NCBI GenBank assembly: GCA_964606285.1 | Contig: CAZSFP010000001.1 | Span: 69,376 to 133,375 of the forward strand | Direction: 5' to 3' | DNA length: 64,000 nt | From: an uncultured Candidatus Saccharibacteria bacterium | GTDB taxonomy: Bacteria > Patescibacteriota > Minisyncoccia > Phycocordibacterales > UBA9973 | Shown: positions 1 through 9,741 of the stretch, piece by piece | How positions within the stretch are numbered: position 1 is the first letter of the stretch | How the letters are laid out: each line of letters opens with the position of its first letter | Translations under genes and position numbers: made by a program | The notes under the pieces: model-generated | The model's database searches: none | What the model was told of the DNA's origin: nothing | The model's input: the letters and a program-made list of their open reading frames with translations, nothing else

Positions 1-234
1 GTAAATATCGAAACTTTGCCGATCGTGTTTTCCGAAGATGTCCGTGCTTTGTCTGTCATTGATCCATTACCAATCCAAGATGATTTGCTTCGGGCAAAGA
101 AAAAAGAATTTACCGCCATCATGAATCGGTACCCAGAAATCGATACTGCAACATTCAAAATTAGTCCGTTTTGGAAGTATCGATTTCCAGAAAATCAGGA
201 AGATATAGATATTCGACTTGCGCCTCTTGATTAA
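1..234 (+). CDS. 3' end of hypothetical protein (probably truncated by window edge)
   Basis: Open frame from window start to TAA at 232-234; no recognisable motif. Confidence 0.45.
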   Translation, partial: VNIETLPIVFSEDVRALSVIDPLPIQDDLLRAKKKEFTAIMNRYPEIDTATFKISPFWKYRFPENQEDIDIRLAPLD

Positions 235-272
235 AAATACCAATTGCTGTATACTAATCAACATCGTTTTGC

Positions 273-488
273 ATGGATAAAAAAAACACTCACAATGAAA
301 CCGTACGAGGAACTATCACTGAAGCATTGCCGAACACATTGTTCCGGGTAATGATCGGAGATAACGAGATACTCGCATATCTATCGGGCAAGATGCGTCT
401 CCATCGCATCAAGGTGCTCGTCGGAGATACTGTCGAAGTTGTACTCGATCCATACGGTGGCAAGGGGAGAATTATGAAGCGTCTCTGA
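273..488 (+). CDS. infA: Translation initiation factor IF-1
   Basis: EALPNTLFRV...YLSGKMRLHRIKVLVGDTV signature; position before rpmJ-rpsM. Confidence 0.98.
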   Translation: MDKKNTHNETVRGTITEALPNTLFRVMIGDNEILAYLSGKMRLHRIKVLVGDTVEVVLDPYGGKGRIMKRL

Positions 489-577
489 ACATTGTTCGAA
501 GGCCCTTCTTGTGTTTTTGGGAAATCTAGTGTAGGATGGCGAAGCGTTTATTTTTAATACAAAAAAGCTTAATTTAT

Positions 578-688
578 ATGAAGATTCGTGCAGCAGTCAA
601 AAAAATATGTGAAAAATGCAAGGTCGTAAAACGACAGGGTCATTTGCGCGTTATTTGCACAAATCCAAAACATAAGCAAAAGCAATAA
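578..688 (+). CDS. rpmJ: 50S ribosomal protein L36, zinc-binding (C+) form; not in ORF track
   Basis: Manual translation [36 protein letters not shown]. Confidence 0.98.
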   Translation: MKIRAAVKKICEKCKVVKRQGHLRVICTNPKHKQKQ

Positions 689-701
689 TTTTTTTATATC
701 A

Positions 702-1082
702 ATGAGAATCCTCGGTATCAACGTTCCAAATGACAAGCGACTTGAGATAGCTCTCACGGTCTTTTATGGTATTGGCATTCCACGTGCTCAAGCTATCCTC
801 GATGCGGTCAAAATTCCACGTGGCAAAAAAGCAGAAACACTTACTATCGATGAAGAGAACGAAATTCGAAAAATGGTTGAAGGATTCAAGATCGAAGGAA
901 ATCTCAAGCGTGAAATTTCAGCAAACATCAAGCGTCTCAAAGACATCAAAGCATACCGCGGTGTCCGACACATGAGAAAACTTCCGGTTCGTGGTCAGCG
1001 CACAAAGACAAATTCTCGAACTGTTCGTGGAAACGTTCGAAAGACTATGTCATCTGGTCGCCGAAAAGAATCAAAGACATAG
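702..1082 (+). CDS. rpsM: 30S ribosomal protein S13
   Basis: YGIG, YRGVRH..KLPVRGQRTKTNSRT. Confidence 0.99.
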   Translation: MRILGINVPNDKRLEIALTVFYGIGIPRAQAILDAVKIPRGKKAETLTIDEENEIRKMVEGFKIEGNLKREISANIKRLKDIKAYRGVRHMRKLPVRGQRTKTNSRTVRGNVRKTMSSGRRKESKT

Positions 1083-1131
1083 CATTTGTATTTCTCTACT
1101 TACTACTCACTAGCAACTACTTACTATTCAT

Positions 1132-1563
1132 ATGGCCTCAAAGAAACCAACAACTCAAGAAGAAGGATCTGAACCAAAAGCACCAAAGGTGGCTGCTGTT
1201 CGTGTACCAAAGAAAAAGATCGCCGAAGGAACACTTCACATCGAAGCGACATTCAACAACACAAAGGTTACGTTGACTGACAAGTCAGGTAATACTATCT
1301 TTTGGACTTCAACAGGATCTCTCGGATTCAAGGGTGCAAAAAAGGGAACACCGTTTGCTGCATCAAAGGCTGGTGATGTTCTCGGTGAAAAAGCTGCAGC
1401 ACTTGGTATCAAAGAAGTTGATGTCATTGTTCGCGGGGTTGGTTCTGGTCGAGAACCAACAATCCGTGCATTTATGGCACGTGGTATCGATATCACGAGT
1501 ATCAAGGATCAGACGCCAGTTCCGCACAACGGACCAAAGCCTAAAAAGCCACGACGCGTATAA
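1132..1563 (+). CDS. rpsK: 30S ribosomal protein S11
   Basis: TFNNT, GFKGAKKGTPFAA, DQTPVPHNG. Confidence 0.99.
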   Translation: MASKKPTTQEEGSEPKAPKVAAVRVPKKKIAEGTLHIEATFNNTKVTLTDKSGNTIFWTSTGSLGFKGAKKGTPFAASKAGDVLGEKAAALGIKEVDVIVRGVGSGREPTIRAFMARGIDITSIKDQTPVPHNGPKPKKPRRV

Positions 1564-1603
1564 TTAATTTATTTATCATTCGTTTCTCCCACTTACATTT
1601 ATT

Positions 1604-2209
1604 ATGAAATTCGGACCAAAATACAAAATATGTCGACGATTGGGTGCTGGTGTGTACGAACAATGCCAGACACAAAAGTTTGTCCTCTCTGAAGGCCGCC
1701 ACAAGAAAATTGGTATGAAAAAACCAAAGGCGCTTTCTGGATATGGCGCACAGTTGATCGAAAAACAAAAGATCCGCTTTAGTTATGGTGTGTCTGAAAA
1801 GCAATTTTCAAACTACGTCAAACGCGCAACGGCGACAAAGGGTGGTTCTCCAGCAGAACGACTCTTTGGTTTCCTTGAAACTCGTCTCGACAACGTGGTA
1901 TACCGTCTCGGCCTCGCACATACTCGCGCTCTTGCTCGACAGATGGTTGCGCATGGACACTTTGTCGTCAATGGTACTCGAACAACTGTCCCATCCTATA
2001 CCGTTCGTGCAGGTGATACGATTACTGTCCGAGAAGGAAGTAAGAAATCAGCACTCTTTGCAAATCTTGCCGCAAAGATGAAGACATACACCGTTCCCGC
2101 ATGGCTCTCTCTTAACGCAGAAACACTGACAGCGACCGTCCAAAGTTATCCCAAGAATACCGAATCATTCCTGGATTTCAACGCCGTTCTTGAGTTTTAT
2201 AGTCGTTAA
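1604..2209 (+). CDS. rpsD: 30S ribosomal protein S4
   Basis: EKQKIRFSYG, LETRLDNVVYRLG, ARQMVAHGH, EFYSR. Confidence 0.99.
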   Translation: MKFGPKYKICRRLGAGVYEQCQTQKFVLSEGRHKKIGMKKPKALSGYGAQLIEKQKIRFSYGVSEKQFSNYVKRATATKGGSPAERLFGFLETRLDNVVYRLGLAHTRALARQMVAHGHFVVNGTRTTVPSYTVRAGDTITVREGSKKSALFANLAAKMKTYTVPAWLSLNAETLTATVQSYPKNTESFLDFNAVLEFYSR

Positions 2210-2241
2210 TATTCATAAGGCCATTGGCCACAATATATTTT

Positions 2242-3228
2242 ATGTCATCACACATCACTACAATTCTTTTGCCATCAAAGCCACGCATTGTGTCAGAAGC
2301 AGACGGGAAAGGTGTCTATGAAATCGACGGTTTGTACCCTGGATACGGTCATACACTCGGCAACTCTCTCCGCCGCATTATCCTCTCATCTCTTCCGGGA
2401 GCTGCGTTGACTTCACTTAAAATCGCGGGTGTTTCTCATGAATTTTCAACAATTCCTGGTGTCAAAGAAGACGTCATCATGATTCTTCTCAACTTGAAGA
2501 AAGTTCATTTCAAATTGATCGGTGATGAACCACAGACAGTTACATTGTCTGTCAAAGGAGCAAAGGCTGTTACAGCAAAAGATATTACTGTAAATGGACA
2601 AGTTGAAGTAACAAGTCCTGATGCATATATCTGTGAATTGACTGACAAGTCTGCAACGCTTGATATCGAAATGACAATCGAGAAAGGTCTCGGTTTCGTT
2701 CCAAAAGAAGTTCATCAAAAAGAAAAAACAGATGTTGGTAGTATCGCGATTGATGCACTTTTCTCTCCAATTCGTCGTGTTAGTTATGAAGTTGAAAACA
2801 TGCGCGTAGGTGACAAAACAAACCACAACCGTCTCCGTATCGCGATTGAAACTGATGGTTCTATTTCTCCACGAGAAGCACTTGAATCTTCAATCTCACT
2901 CATGATCGTCCAGCTCCAAGCAATTCTTGATATCAAACCAGAAGAAAAAACAGCCGCTGTTGCAGAAGAGCAAGTTGAATCATCTGATGAATCAGGAGAA
3001 TCAGTAGGATCATCTGACAATGACATGACTGATGTCATGAAAACACGCGTTGATACACTCGAACTCTCGACACGAACATTGAATGCCTTGAATGCCGGAA
3101 ATATCCGAACATTGGGCGGTCTTGCTCGAAAAAAGAAGGAAGATCTTCTCGAAATCGAAGGAATCGGCGAGAAAGGAATTCAAGAGATCAAAGTTGTCCT
3201 CGCACAATTTGGACTCACATTAAAATAA
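2242..3228 (+). CDS. rpoA: RNA polymerase alpha subunit
   Basis: GYGHTLGNSLRRIILSS, HEFSTIPGVKEDV, alphaCTD; ATG 2242 preferred to TTG 2224. Confidence 0.99.
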   Translation: MSSHITTILLPSKPRIVSEADGKGVYEIDGLYPGYGHTLGNSLRRIILSSLPGAALTSLKIAGVSHEFSTIPGVKEDVIMILLNLKKVHFKLIGDEPQTVTLSVKGAKAVTAKDITVNGQVEVTSPDAYICELTDKSATLDIEMTIEKGLGFVPKEVHQKEKTDVGSIAIDALFSPIRRVSYEVENMRVGDKTNHNRLRIAIETDGSISPREALESSISLMIVQLQAILDIKPEEKTAAVAEEQVESSDESGESVGSSDNDMTDVMKTRVDTLELSTRTLNALNAGNIRTLGGLARKKKEDLLEIEGIGEKGIQEIKVVLAQFGLTLK

Positions 3229-3269
3229 TTGACTTTACGGAGCACTTCTTGTAAGCTTACACACATTGT

Positions 3270-3623
3270 ATGAGACATCATAATTCAGTACGAAAATTTG
3301 GACGACCAGCAGATGAGCGACGCGCGCTCCTCCGGTCTTTGGCATTGTCTCTCATTACACATGAGCGAATCACAACAACCGAAGCAAAAGCAAAGGAACT
3401 CCGTCCGTTTGTTGAAAAATTGGTTACTCTCGGTAAGACTGCATCAGTCACATCACACCGATTGCTCGCATCTCGTCTCATGAACCAAAAAGAAGAAGTC
3501 AAAAAGGTCGTGACTGATATCGCACCACGATACACGACTCGCGCAGGCGGCTATACACGCGTTGTAAAGCTCCCACGACGCCTTTCGGACGGCGCTGCGA
3601 TGGCCATTATCGAATTTGTATAA
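3270..3623 (+). CDS. rplQ: 50S ribosomal protein L17
   Basis: MRH, ERITTTEAKAKELR, GGYTRVVK, DGAAMA. Confidence 0.99.
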   Translation: MRHHNSVRKFGRPADERRALLRSLALSLITHERITTTEAKAKELRPFVEKLVTLGKTASVTSHRLLASRLMNQKEEVKKVVTDIAPRYTTRAGGYTRVVKLPRRLSDGAAMAIIEFV

Positions 3624-3627
3624 TTAT

Positions 3628-3972
3628 ATGAACTACACTATAGACGCAACAGAAAAGAAAATCGGACGAATCGCTTCAGAGGCGGCGATGATTTTGACTG
3701 GCAAAAACAGTCCGACATTTGAGAAAAACAAAGTCTCAGGAAACAAGGTAACGATCATCAACGCATCAAAAGTTTCTATCGATCCGCGAAAACTTCTTTC
3801 TGTCGAATTTGAACGATATTCAGGATACCCAGGCGGTTTCAAGTCTGAAACTCTTGGAAAGACGATCGAGAAAAAAGGCTACGGAGAAGTGTTCGTTCAT
3901 GCGGTCTACAACATGATTCCTGCAAACAAACTCCGATCTATTATCATGAAAAATCTCACCGTAACTGAATAA
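3628..3972 (+). CDS. rplM: 50S ribosomal protein L13 (short, 114 aa)
   Basis: IDA..KKIGRIAS, GKNSPTF, YSGYPGG, MIPANKL; precedes rpsI. Confidence 0.97.
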   Translation: MNYTIDATEKKIGRIASEAAMILTGKNSPTFEKNKVSGNKVTIINASKVSIDPRKLLSVEFERYSGYPGGFKSETLGKTIEKKGYGEVFVHAVYNMIPANKLRSIIMKNLTVTE

Positions 3973-3979
3973 TTTTATT

Positions 3980-4393
3980 ATGGAAGCAACAAAAACAACA
4001 GCAAAAAGATATCGTGAAGCAGTCGGTCGTAGAAAGACTTCTACCGCACGTGTTCGCCTCACACCAGCCGCAAAGACATCATTTGTCATCAATGGCCTCG
4101 ATGGTCTCGCATATGTCCGTACAAGCGACCTTTTCAGTATCGTCAACGAACCATTTGTGAAAGGGAAGATTGCTGATACGTATGAAGTCACTGTCGTCGT
4201 TTCTGGTGGCGGTAATCACTCTCAGGTAGAAGCAATCCGACATGGTATCTCTCGTATTCTCTCAACAGATGATGAAGCAACTCGCACATCTCTCAAGAAA
4301 CTCGGATTCCTCAAACGAGATCCTCGTATGAAAGAACGTCGAAAATTCGGTCTCAAGAAAGCTCGTAAGGCGCCAAAGTGGTCAAAACGTTAG
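3980..4393 (+). CDS. rpsI: 30S ribosomal protein S9
   Basis: GRRKTSTARV, RDPRMKERRKFGLKKARKAPKWSKR. Confidence 0.99.
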   Translation: MEATKTTAKRYREAVGRRKTSTARVRLTPAAKTSFVINGLDGLAYVRTSDLFSIVNEPFVKGKIADTYEVTVVVSGGGNHSQVEAIRHGISRILSTDDEATRTSLKKLGFLKRDPRMKERRKFGLKKARKAPKWSKR

Positions 4394-4398
4394 TCTCA

Positions 4399-4432
4399 AA
4401 AAATCTCTCCTTCTGGAGAGATTTTTGTTTTT
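4399..4432 (+). terminator. Intrinsic terminator after rpsI
   Basis: AAAAATCTCTCC-TTCT-GGAGAGATTTTT hairpin with T tract. Confidence 0.85.
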
Positions 4433-4466
4433 ATGCTAGTATGAACATTGTAAAAAATATAATCCT

Positions 4467-5048
4467 ATGCAAGACGAAGAAGATAAAAAAATAGATATTG
4501 GTGAAGAATTGTCTGACGACGTTTCTTTTATTGAAGAAGATGGCGAAGGTGCCGAACTTTCATCTGCTGCCAAAATAAAGAAACTCCGTGAAGAATTGAA
4601 GACCGCGAACAAAGAACGTCTCGAGTATCTGACTGGTTGGCAGCGTGCCCAGGCTGATTATGTAAATCTCAAAAAAGAATCTGGCGAGAGTCTCATTCGT
4701 GGCAAAGAGATTGGCAGGGAACAACTCCTCGATTCATTACTCCCCGCACTCGATAGTTTCGATATGGCGATCGGCAACAAGGAATCATGGGAGAAAGTTG
4801 ATGCGAACTGGCGCAATGGCATCGAATACATCTATTCTCGACTTCTTACTGCACTTACAGAGAACAATGTCACCGTGATCGACAGTGTCGGTGCTCCATT
4901 TGATCCAAATCTCCATGAAGCGATCGAAAATATTCCAACTGACGACACTGGACGTGATCATACAATCGAATCAATCATCCAGAAAGGATACAAGATGGGT
5001 GATCGGATTCTCCGCCCTGCACGAGTGAAAGTATATACTCTAAAATAA
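4467..5048 (+). CDS. grpE: Nucleotide exchange factor GrpE
   Basis: QRAQADYVN, FDPNLHEA, QKGY...RILRPARVKV. Confidence 0.98.
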   Translation: MQDEEDKKIDIGEELSDDVSFIEEDGEGAELSSAAKIKKLREELKTANKERLEYLTGWQRAQADYVNLKKESGESLIRGKEIGREQLLDSLLPALDSFDMAIGNKESWEKVDANWRNGIEYIYSRLLTALTENNVTVIDSVGAPFDPNLHEAIENIPTDDTGRDHTIESIIQKGYKMGDRILRPARVKVYTLK

Positions 5049-5084
5049 TAACAAAATCCCTTCAATTGAAGGGATTTTGTTATT
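5047..5084. terminator. 38-bp perfect palindrome, likely bidirectional terminator
   Basis: AATAACAAAATCCCTTCAA|TTGAAGGGATTTTGTTATT. Confidence 0.8.
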
Positions 5085-5125
5085 TTGACAAACTATCTAT
5101 AAAAGTGTATTGTGTGCGGGAAATA
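5085..5125 (+). promoter_or_regulatory. Sigma70-type promoter, copy 1 of an exact 41-bp direct repeat
   Basis: TTGACA-17 nt-TATTGT; identical to 5910-5950. Confidence 0.8.
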
Positions 5126-5145
5126 CATCTTTAAAACTCTGGGCT

Positions 5146-5859
5146 ATGAAAATTAAAATATTTCTTATTGATATGTTAACTGGATTGTTTTTACTTATTC
5201 AGTTATATCCTCCATTATTTTCTTTTGTTCCTTCAGAAAAAATTCCCATGATAAGCACAGGTCTCATCATGATTACCGGATTTGTTATTCTCTTTTTGCA
5301 GGTGCCATATGGTCAATTTTTAGAAGAATGGCATGAAAAAAAGATAGATACGCAGCAGTACGCTCTTCGTATCTGTAGTTTATTCATACTGAGAAAAGAG
5401 AAATATTTTCTGATTGATATTGCACCTGCATATTTTGAAGAATCTGAGATTTATAGTCTGACCCACATGCTCTATAGAATGAAAGGATTCTCGCATCGTT
5501 TGACAGTGAGGATGCAGATGGTAAATATCCGAAGATTTCAAAACAACAAACAAAAATTCACTGTTTTAGCAAATGATATAAGTTTGCAATTTCCAACCAA
5601 TATTATCGCTGATTTAAAGAGTTTTTGTATTATGTATGGTCTTCATGGGGATTCTTTGACTCATCTTGTGACGGAATACACAAAGCTTTTGCAGGAAAAA
5701 CTTGGCCAAGAAAAAGCCGAAGTGTTTCTTGTTGAATTGGTGCGATTGTTGGGAGAGGATCAGACGTTTAAAAAAGATGAAGATAAGGTTCGTACAGAAA
5801 TTATAAAACGCCTTAATATTCATATTGATTTGATCAAAAAATCTATGGTTACTGCATAA
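5146..5859 (+). CDS. Hypothetical membrane-anchored protein (2 N-terminal TM), paralog of 5971-6681
   Basis: AT-rich ORF; shared motifs KEKYxLIDxA, IIxxxKS, GxEK, IIxxLxIHI. Confidence 0.8.
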   Translation: MKIKIFLIDMLTGLFLLIQLYPPLFSFVPSEKIPMISTGLIMITGFVILFLQVPYGQFLEEWHEKKIDTQQYALRICSLFILRKEKYFLIDIAPAYFEESEIYSLTHMLYRMKGFSHRLTVRMQMVNIRRFQNNKQKFTVLANDISLQFPTNIIADLKSFCIMYGLHGDSLTHLVTEYTKLLQEKLGQEKAEVFLVELVRLLGEDQTFKKDEDKVRTEIIKRLNIHIDLIKKSMVTA

Positions 5860-5909
5860 TAGATAAAAATCCCTTTAATGTATAGGGATTTTTTTATTTC
5901 CTCATATTA

Positions 5910-5950
5910 TTGACAAACTATCTATAAAAGTGTATTGTGTGCGGGAAATA
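5910..5950 (+). promoter_or_regulatory. Sigma70-type promoter, copy 2 of exact 41-bp direct repeat
   Basis: Identical to 5085-5125; ATG 61 nt from TTGACA in both. Confidence 0.8.
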
Positions 5951-5970
5951 TACCTTTTAAAAATACGGTT

Positions 5971-6681
5971 ATGAAACTAAAACTCATCATTCTCGGAATA
6001 GCTGTTGTGATACTTGCTATCGGTTCTATTTTTTCTCTGGAACAATGGATTTGGAAAATCAATGTATGGTTACCATTTATGGTAGCAGGAATATTTGTAT
6101 ATGTATTTACTGCATATACTGATTTTATTGAAAAAATATCAAAAAAAGAATTGACCAAAGAGGAATACATAGAGTATTTGCTTGATTGGAAATTATCTAA
6201 AAAAGAAAAATATATCCTTATTGATACTGCATTGTCATATCTCAGGATTCCCGATATCAATGATATAACACGTGATCTCTATCAAAAATTAGGACAACAT
6301 GATCTTATTTTAAGGAGATTGCAGGATAACAATGTTGAGCGTTTCTTGAAAAGCCAATATATCAAAGATAGTTTTACAATGAATCTCAGAATGAGTTCCT
6401 CACATGTTGGTGATATTATTTCAGCAATGAAATCATATATTATTTTGCATGGGCTCAATAAGAAGGCGTTCAAGGTATATATCTCATTGTACCGCAAACG
6501 TTGCGAAGCAAGAATTGGATCAGAAAAAACAAAAAAACTGTTTATAAAAATTTCTGAGGAAGTTGAAATAACAAAAGAAATTAAATCGTATGAAAAATGG
6601 TTCCGTGAATGCATTATTGATGAACTTAAAATTCATATAGAAGAGTTACAGTCTTCAAAAAAACAAAAGCTTGTAGCTTGA
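5971..6681 (+). CDS. Hypothetical membrane-anchored protein, paralog of 5146-5859
   Basis: AT-rich ORF with two N-terminal hydrophobic segments; followed by hairpin AAAATCCCGCA..TGCGGGATTTT. Confidence 0.8.
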   Translation: MKLKLIILGIAVVILAIGSIFSLEQWIWKINVWLPFMVAGIFVYVFTAYTDFIEKISKKELTKEEYIEYLLDWKLSKKEKYILIDTALSYLRIPDINDITRDLYQKLGQHDLILRRLQDNNVERFLKSQYIKDSFTMNLRMSSSHVGDIISAMKSYIILHGLNKKAFKVYISLYRKRCEARIGSEKTKKLFIKISEEVEITKEIKSYEKWFRECIIDELKIHIEELQSSKKQKLVA

Positions 6682-6757
6682 TACATATAAAATCCCGCAT
6701 AATTGTGCGGGATTTTTTGCTGGAAAAAATCGGAGAATGTGGTAGGATGGAAAGCAT

Positions 6758-8056
6758 ATGATTCAAAAAACACATGTAGCTACACTCGCAGGCAAGGTCG
6801 GACAGGAAGTCACTGTTGCTGGTTTTGTCCATGCGCTCCGCATCCAAAGCAAAATCATCTTTCTCGTTCTTCGTGATGTGACTGGACTCGTTCAAAACAT
6901 CATTGAAATCTCAAATCCGGAAGCATTTGACACAGCAAAAGAACTTTCGCTTGAATCTGTTATCACTATCACTGGTACGGTCAAAGAAGCAAAACAGGCT
7001 CCGGGTGGGTTTGAAATCGGGGTATCATCTATCACAGTTCTTTCGAAATCTCTCCCAGAATTGGCAATTCCTGTCGTTGTGAAAGGGAATGATGAAGAGA
7101 CAGAAGCACCGACTCGATTTGACTATCGTTGGATCGATCTTCGCAAGCCAGAAAAGACAAAGATTTTCAAAGTGTGGACTGCTCTTGAAAAAGGATTCCG
7201 CAAGTATTGGGATGAGAACAATTTCATGCAGATCTATACTCCATCATTCATGTCGACACCATCTGAGACTGGTGCTGAAGTTTTCGAGGTGAATTATTTT
7301 GATAAGAAAGCCTATCTCGCGCAGTCACCGCAATTTTATAAACAAATGGCGATTGCTTCAGGATTTGAACGGGTGTTTATGGTTGGTCCAGTTTTTCGTG
7401 CTGAACAATCCTTTACGACTCGTCACCTGACAGAATTTACTGGTTGGGACTTTGAACTTGGGTTTGTTGAATCACATCATGATGTCATGGATCAAGAAGA
7501 GGGTATGATTGTTTCAGGGTTTACAACACTCAAAGAATCGTTTCCTGAACTTGATTTGGATATTCCGGCACGACCGTTTCCACGGATCACGATGGTTGAT
7601 GCAAAGAAAATTCTCGCGGATCAAAATGTTGCAAGCGGAGAAGATCATGATCTCTCACCCGAAGAAGAGCGTGCAATTTCTGACTATGTCAAAAAAGAAT
7701 ACAATCATGATTTTGTATTTATTACCGATTATCACAAATCAAAAAGCGCGTTCTATCACATGCGTCTCGAAGAAGGGTCTGATCGATCTCGTCGTGCCGA
7801 CCTTCTCTTCCGTGGTATCGAAGTAACAACACTTGCCCAGCGTGAACACCGTATTGATATTCTCGAAAAACAGGCGACAGAAAAGGGTATGTCACTCGAA
7901 GCATTGAAAGACTACTTGAACTTCTTTCGGTATGGCGTGCCACCACATGGTGGTGCAGGTATTGGCCCAGGACGCTTCATCATGAAGATCCTCGACCTGC
8001 CAAACGTTCGTGAAGCGACCTATCTCCCACGTGATGTGAAGCGTCTCAATCCATAG
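6758..8056 (+). CDS. aspS: Aspartyl-tRNA synthetase, short archaeal/AspRS2 type, probably non-discriminating
   Basis: OB-fold N-terminus, LAQSPQFYKQ, FRAE..TTRHLTEF, YGVPPHGGAGIG, PRDVKRLNP; 432 aa without bacterial insertion domain. Confidence 0.93.
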   Translation: MIQKTHVATLAGKVGQEVTVAGFVHALRIQSKIIFLVLRDVTGLVQNIIEISNPEAFDTAKELSLESVITITGTVKEAKQAPGGFEIGVSSITVLSKSLPELAIPVVVKGNDEETEAPTRFDYRWIDLRKPEKTKIFKVWTALEKGFRKYWDENNFMQIYTPSFMSTPSETGAEVFEVNYFDKKAYLAQSPQFYKQMAIASGFERVFMVGPVFRAEQSFTTRHLTEFTGWDFELGFVESHHDVMDQEEGMIVSGFTTLKESFPELDLDIPARPFPRITMVDAKKILADQNVASGEDHDLSPEEERAISDYVKKEYNHDFVFITDYHKSKSAFYHMRLEEGSDRSRRADLLFRGIEVTTLAQREHRIDILEKQATEKGMSLEALKDYLNFFRYGVPPHGGAGIGPGRFIMKILDLPNVREATYLPRDVKRLNP

Positions 8057-8097
8057 AAAATAAAAAAACATGGCCATACGGTCATGTTTTTGTTTTT

Positions 8098-8841
8098 TTA
8101 CACAAGAACCTTCTCTTTATTTTTTTGGAGAAATTCTTCTTGTGTTTTTTCAATTCTGGTTTTTAATTCTTGTGCAAAATTCCATTTCTCTTTTTCATCA
8201 AGTGTTGGAGAGAAGTATCCTGTTTTTACTGAAGCATGCAAATAATTCAAAAAATGCCGGGTATGTTTTTCTTCATCTTTTAATTCTTTGGAGATCAACC
8301 TGTTTGTTTGATGGGCAATTGTCTGTATTCCTAATTTTTTAGGAAAAGACATCCATATTTTGGGATCAAACGTATTCAATATCACAGTAAAGTCAGTTAT
8401 GGTATTTTCTTCGTCTAGTATTTTCCCTAAAAGATCCGAAAGATGAGGACATGTTTCTATGCTTTTATACAGGATAGATCCCGGACAACTACTCGTTAGT
8501 CCGTATCCACCATAAGGAAAATTGCCAGTTTTCATAAGTCCCTCTATTATTTTTATGAGACTTTTGTAATCTTTTGCATCTGCAAGTTTTTGCTGGTATG
8601 TCAGTGTGACATAGTGTTTCAATATTCGCGCAGTTCTGGTTTCTTTCTTTTTTCTATTTTTCAATATATGAACAATGGTTGTATGAGAAAGGTCAAATGT
8701 GTGCGGATCAATGAGTGACAGAAGTTTTTCTTTTCTGTTGCTCCACCATACGAGAAAAACAACGGTTGCACATAAAGCAAAAATAATCGAACCATAATAG
8801 TCCGACAGGGAGAAGTGGGGAATAATAATGTAAATGTACAT
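8098..8841 (-). CDS. Hypothetical membrane-anchored protein (AT-rich cassette)
   Basis: 247-aa ORF, N-terminal TM, own TTGACA-16-TAGTAT promoter (TTGACA at 8893-8888). Confidence 0.75.
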   Translation of the reverse strand: MYIYIIIPHFSLSDYYGSIIFALCATVVFLVWWSNRKEKLLSLIDPHTFDLSHTTIVHILKNRKKKETRTARILKHYVTLTYQQKLADAKDYKSLIKIIEGLMKTGNFPYGGYGLTSSCPGSILYKSIETCPHLSDLLGKILDEENTITDFTVILNTFDPKIWMSFPKKLGIQTIAHQTNRLISKELKDEEKHTRHFLNYLHASVKTGYFSPTLDEKEKWNFAQELKTRIEKTQEEFLQKNKEKVLV

Positions 8842-8959
8842 GATAATAATTTAAAGGTTTTCTGTATACTACCAGTTTTTGAGTATATGTCAAACAAACT
8901 ATTCTTTGATCCAGGTTCATAAAATGTTATTATTTCTATAAGTATTTTTTGCTTTACGC

Positions 8960-9733
8960 ATGACATTTCTCATCAAACAGGAAAAATTTGAAGGACCGTT
9001 CGATCTCCTCCTCTCGCTTGTTGAAGCGCGCAAATTTTTTGTGAACGATATTTCACTTGCGGCTGTCACCGAAGATTATATTCGGTTCGTCTCATCTATG
9101 GATGAGCAGTCCATAGATGATCTCACATCATTCATCAGTGTTGCAGCAACACTTATTCTCATCAAATCAAAATCACTGCTCCCAACTCTTGAACTTTCAA
9201 AAGATGAATCATCTGCTGTCGATGATCTCGAGCGACGGTTGCTTCTCTATGGGCAGATTGAAAAACAAGCGAAACTGTTGGCACCGCTTGTTTCATATCG
9301 AAAACTTTTTTTTCATGCACCAGAAAAAATGCAGCCAGTTTTTTCTCCACATGAAAGTATTACAAAGGAAAGTCTTCTGGGTGCGCTCCAAGATGTATTC
9401 CGTGCAATGCCGGAAGTAGTTGAGAAAAAACCAGAATTGACGTTGAAGAAAATCATGACGATCGAAGAGATGATTGATTCGATCGCTGTTCGTGTACAGA
9501 AAGGATTACAGATTTCATTTCGTGACATGTCCGGCTATAAAAAAGGCGCAGTGACCAAAGAAGAAAAGATCACAGTTATCGTTTCATTTTTGGCATTGCT
9601 CGAACTTGTCCGTCAAGGTCTCGTCTCTGCGGCACAAGGAAATCATTTTGATGACATCACGATCGATCAACCAGAAGAAATCCCTGTTATTCCCCAAGCT
9701 GATACTGAACAAAACGCAGATACTATCGTATAA
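8960..9733 (+). CDS. scpA: Segregation/condensation protein A
   Basis: FEGPFDLLLSL, AATLILIKSKSLLP, FLALLEL. Confidence 0.96.
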   Translation: MTFLIKQEKFEGPFDLLLSLVEARKFFVNDISLAAVTEDYIRFVSSMDEQSIDDLTSFISVAATLILIKSKSLLPTLELSKDESSAVDDLERRLLLYGQIEKQAKLLAPLVSYRKLFFHAPEKMQPVFSPHESITKESLLGALQDVFRAMPEVVEKKPELTLKKIMTIEEMIDSIAVRVQKGLQISFRDMSGYKKGAVTKEEKITVIVSFLALLELVRQGLVSAAQGNHFDDITIDQPEEIPVIPQADTEQNADTIV

Positions 9734-9741
9734 TTACTCCT

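Noticed and set aside
273-488. Alternative genetic code (TGA=Gly, code 25)
   Set aside because: infA and mraY end at TGA at expected lengths, and conserved genes are uninterrupted under code 11
487-497. GAACATTGTTC as an SOS box
   Set aside because: Spacer is 3 nt, not 4, and it overlaps the infA stop
5146-6681. Diversity-generating retroelement behind the diverged paralogs
   Set aside because: No reverse transcriptase and no TR/VR pair differing at adenines in the window
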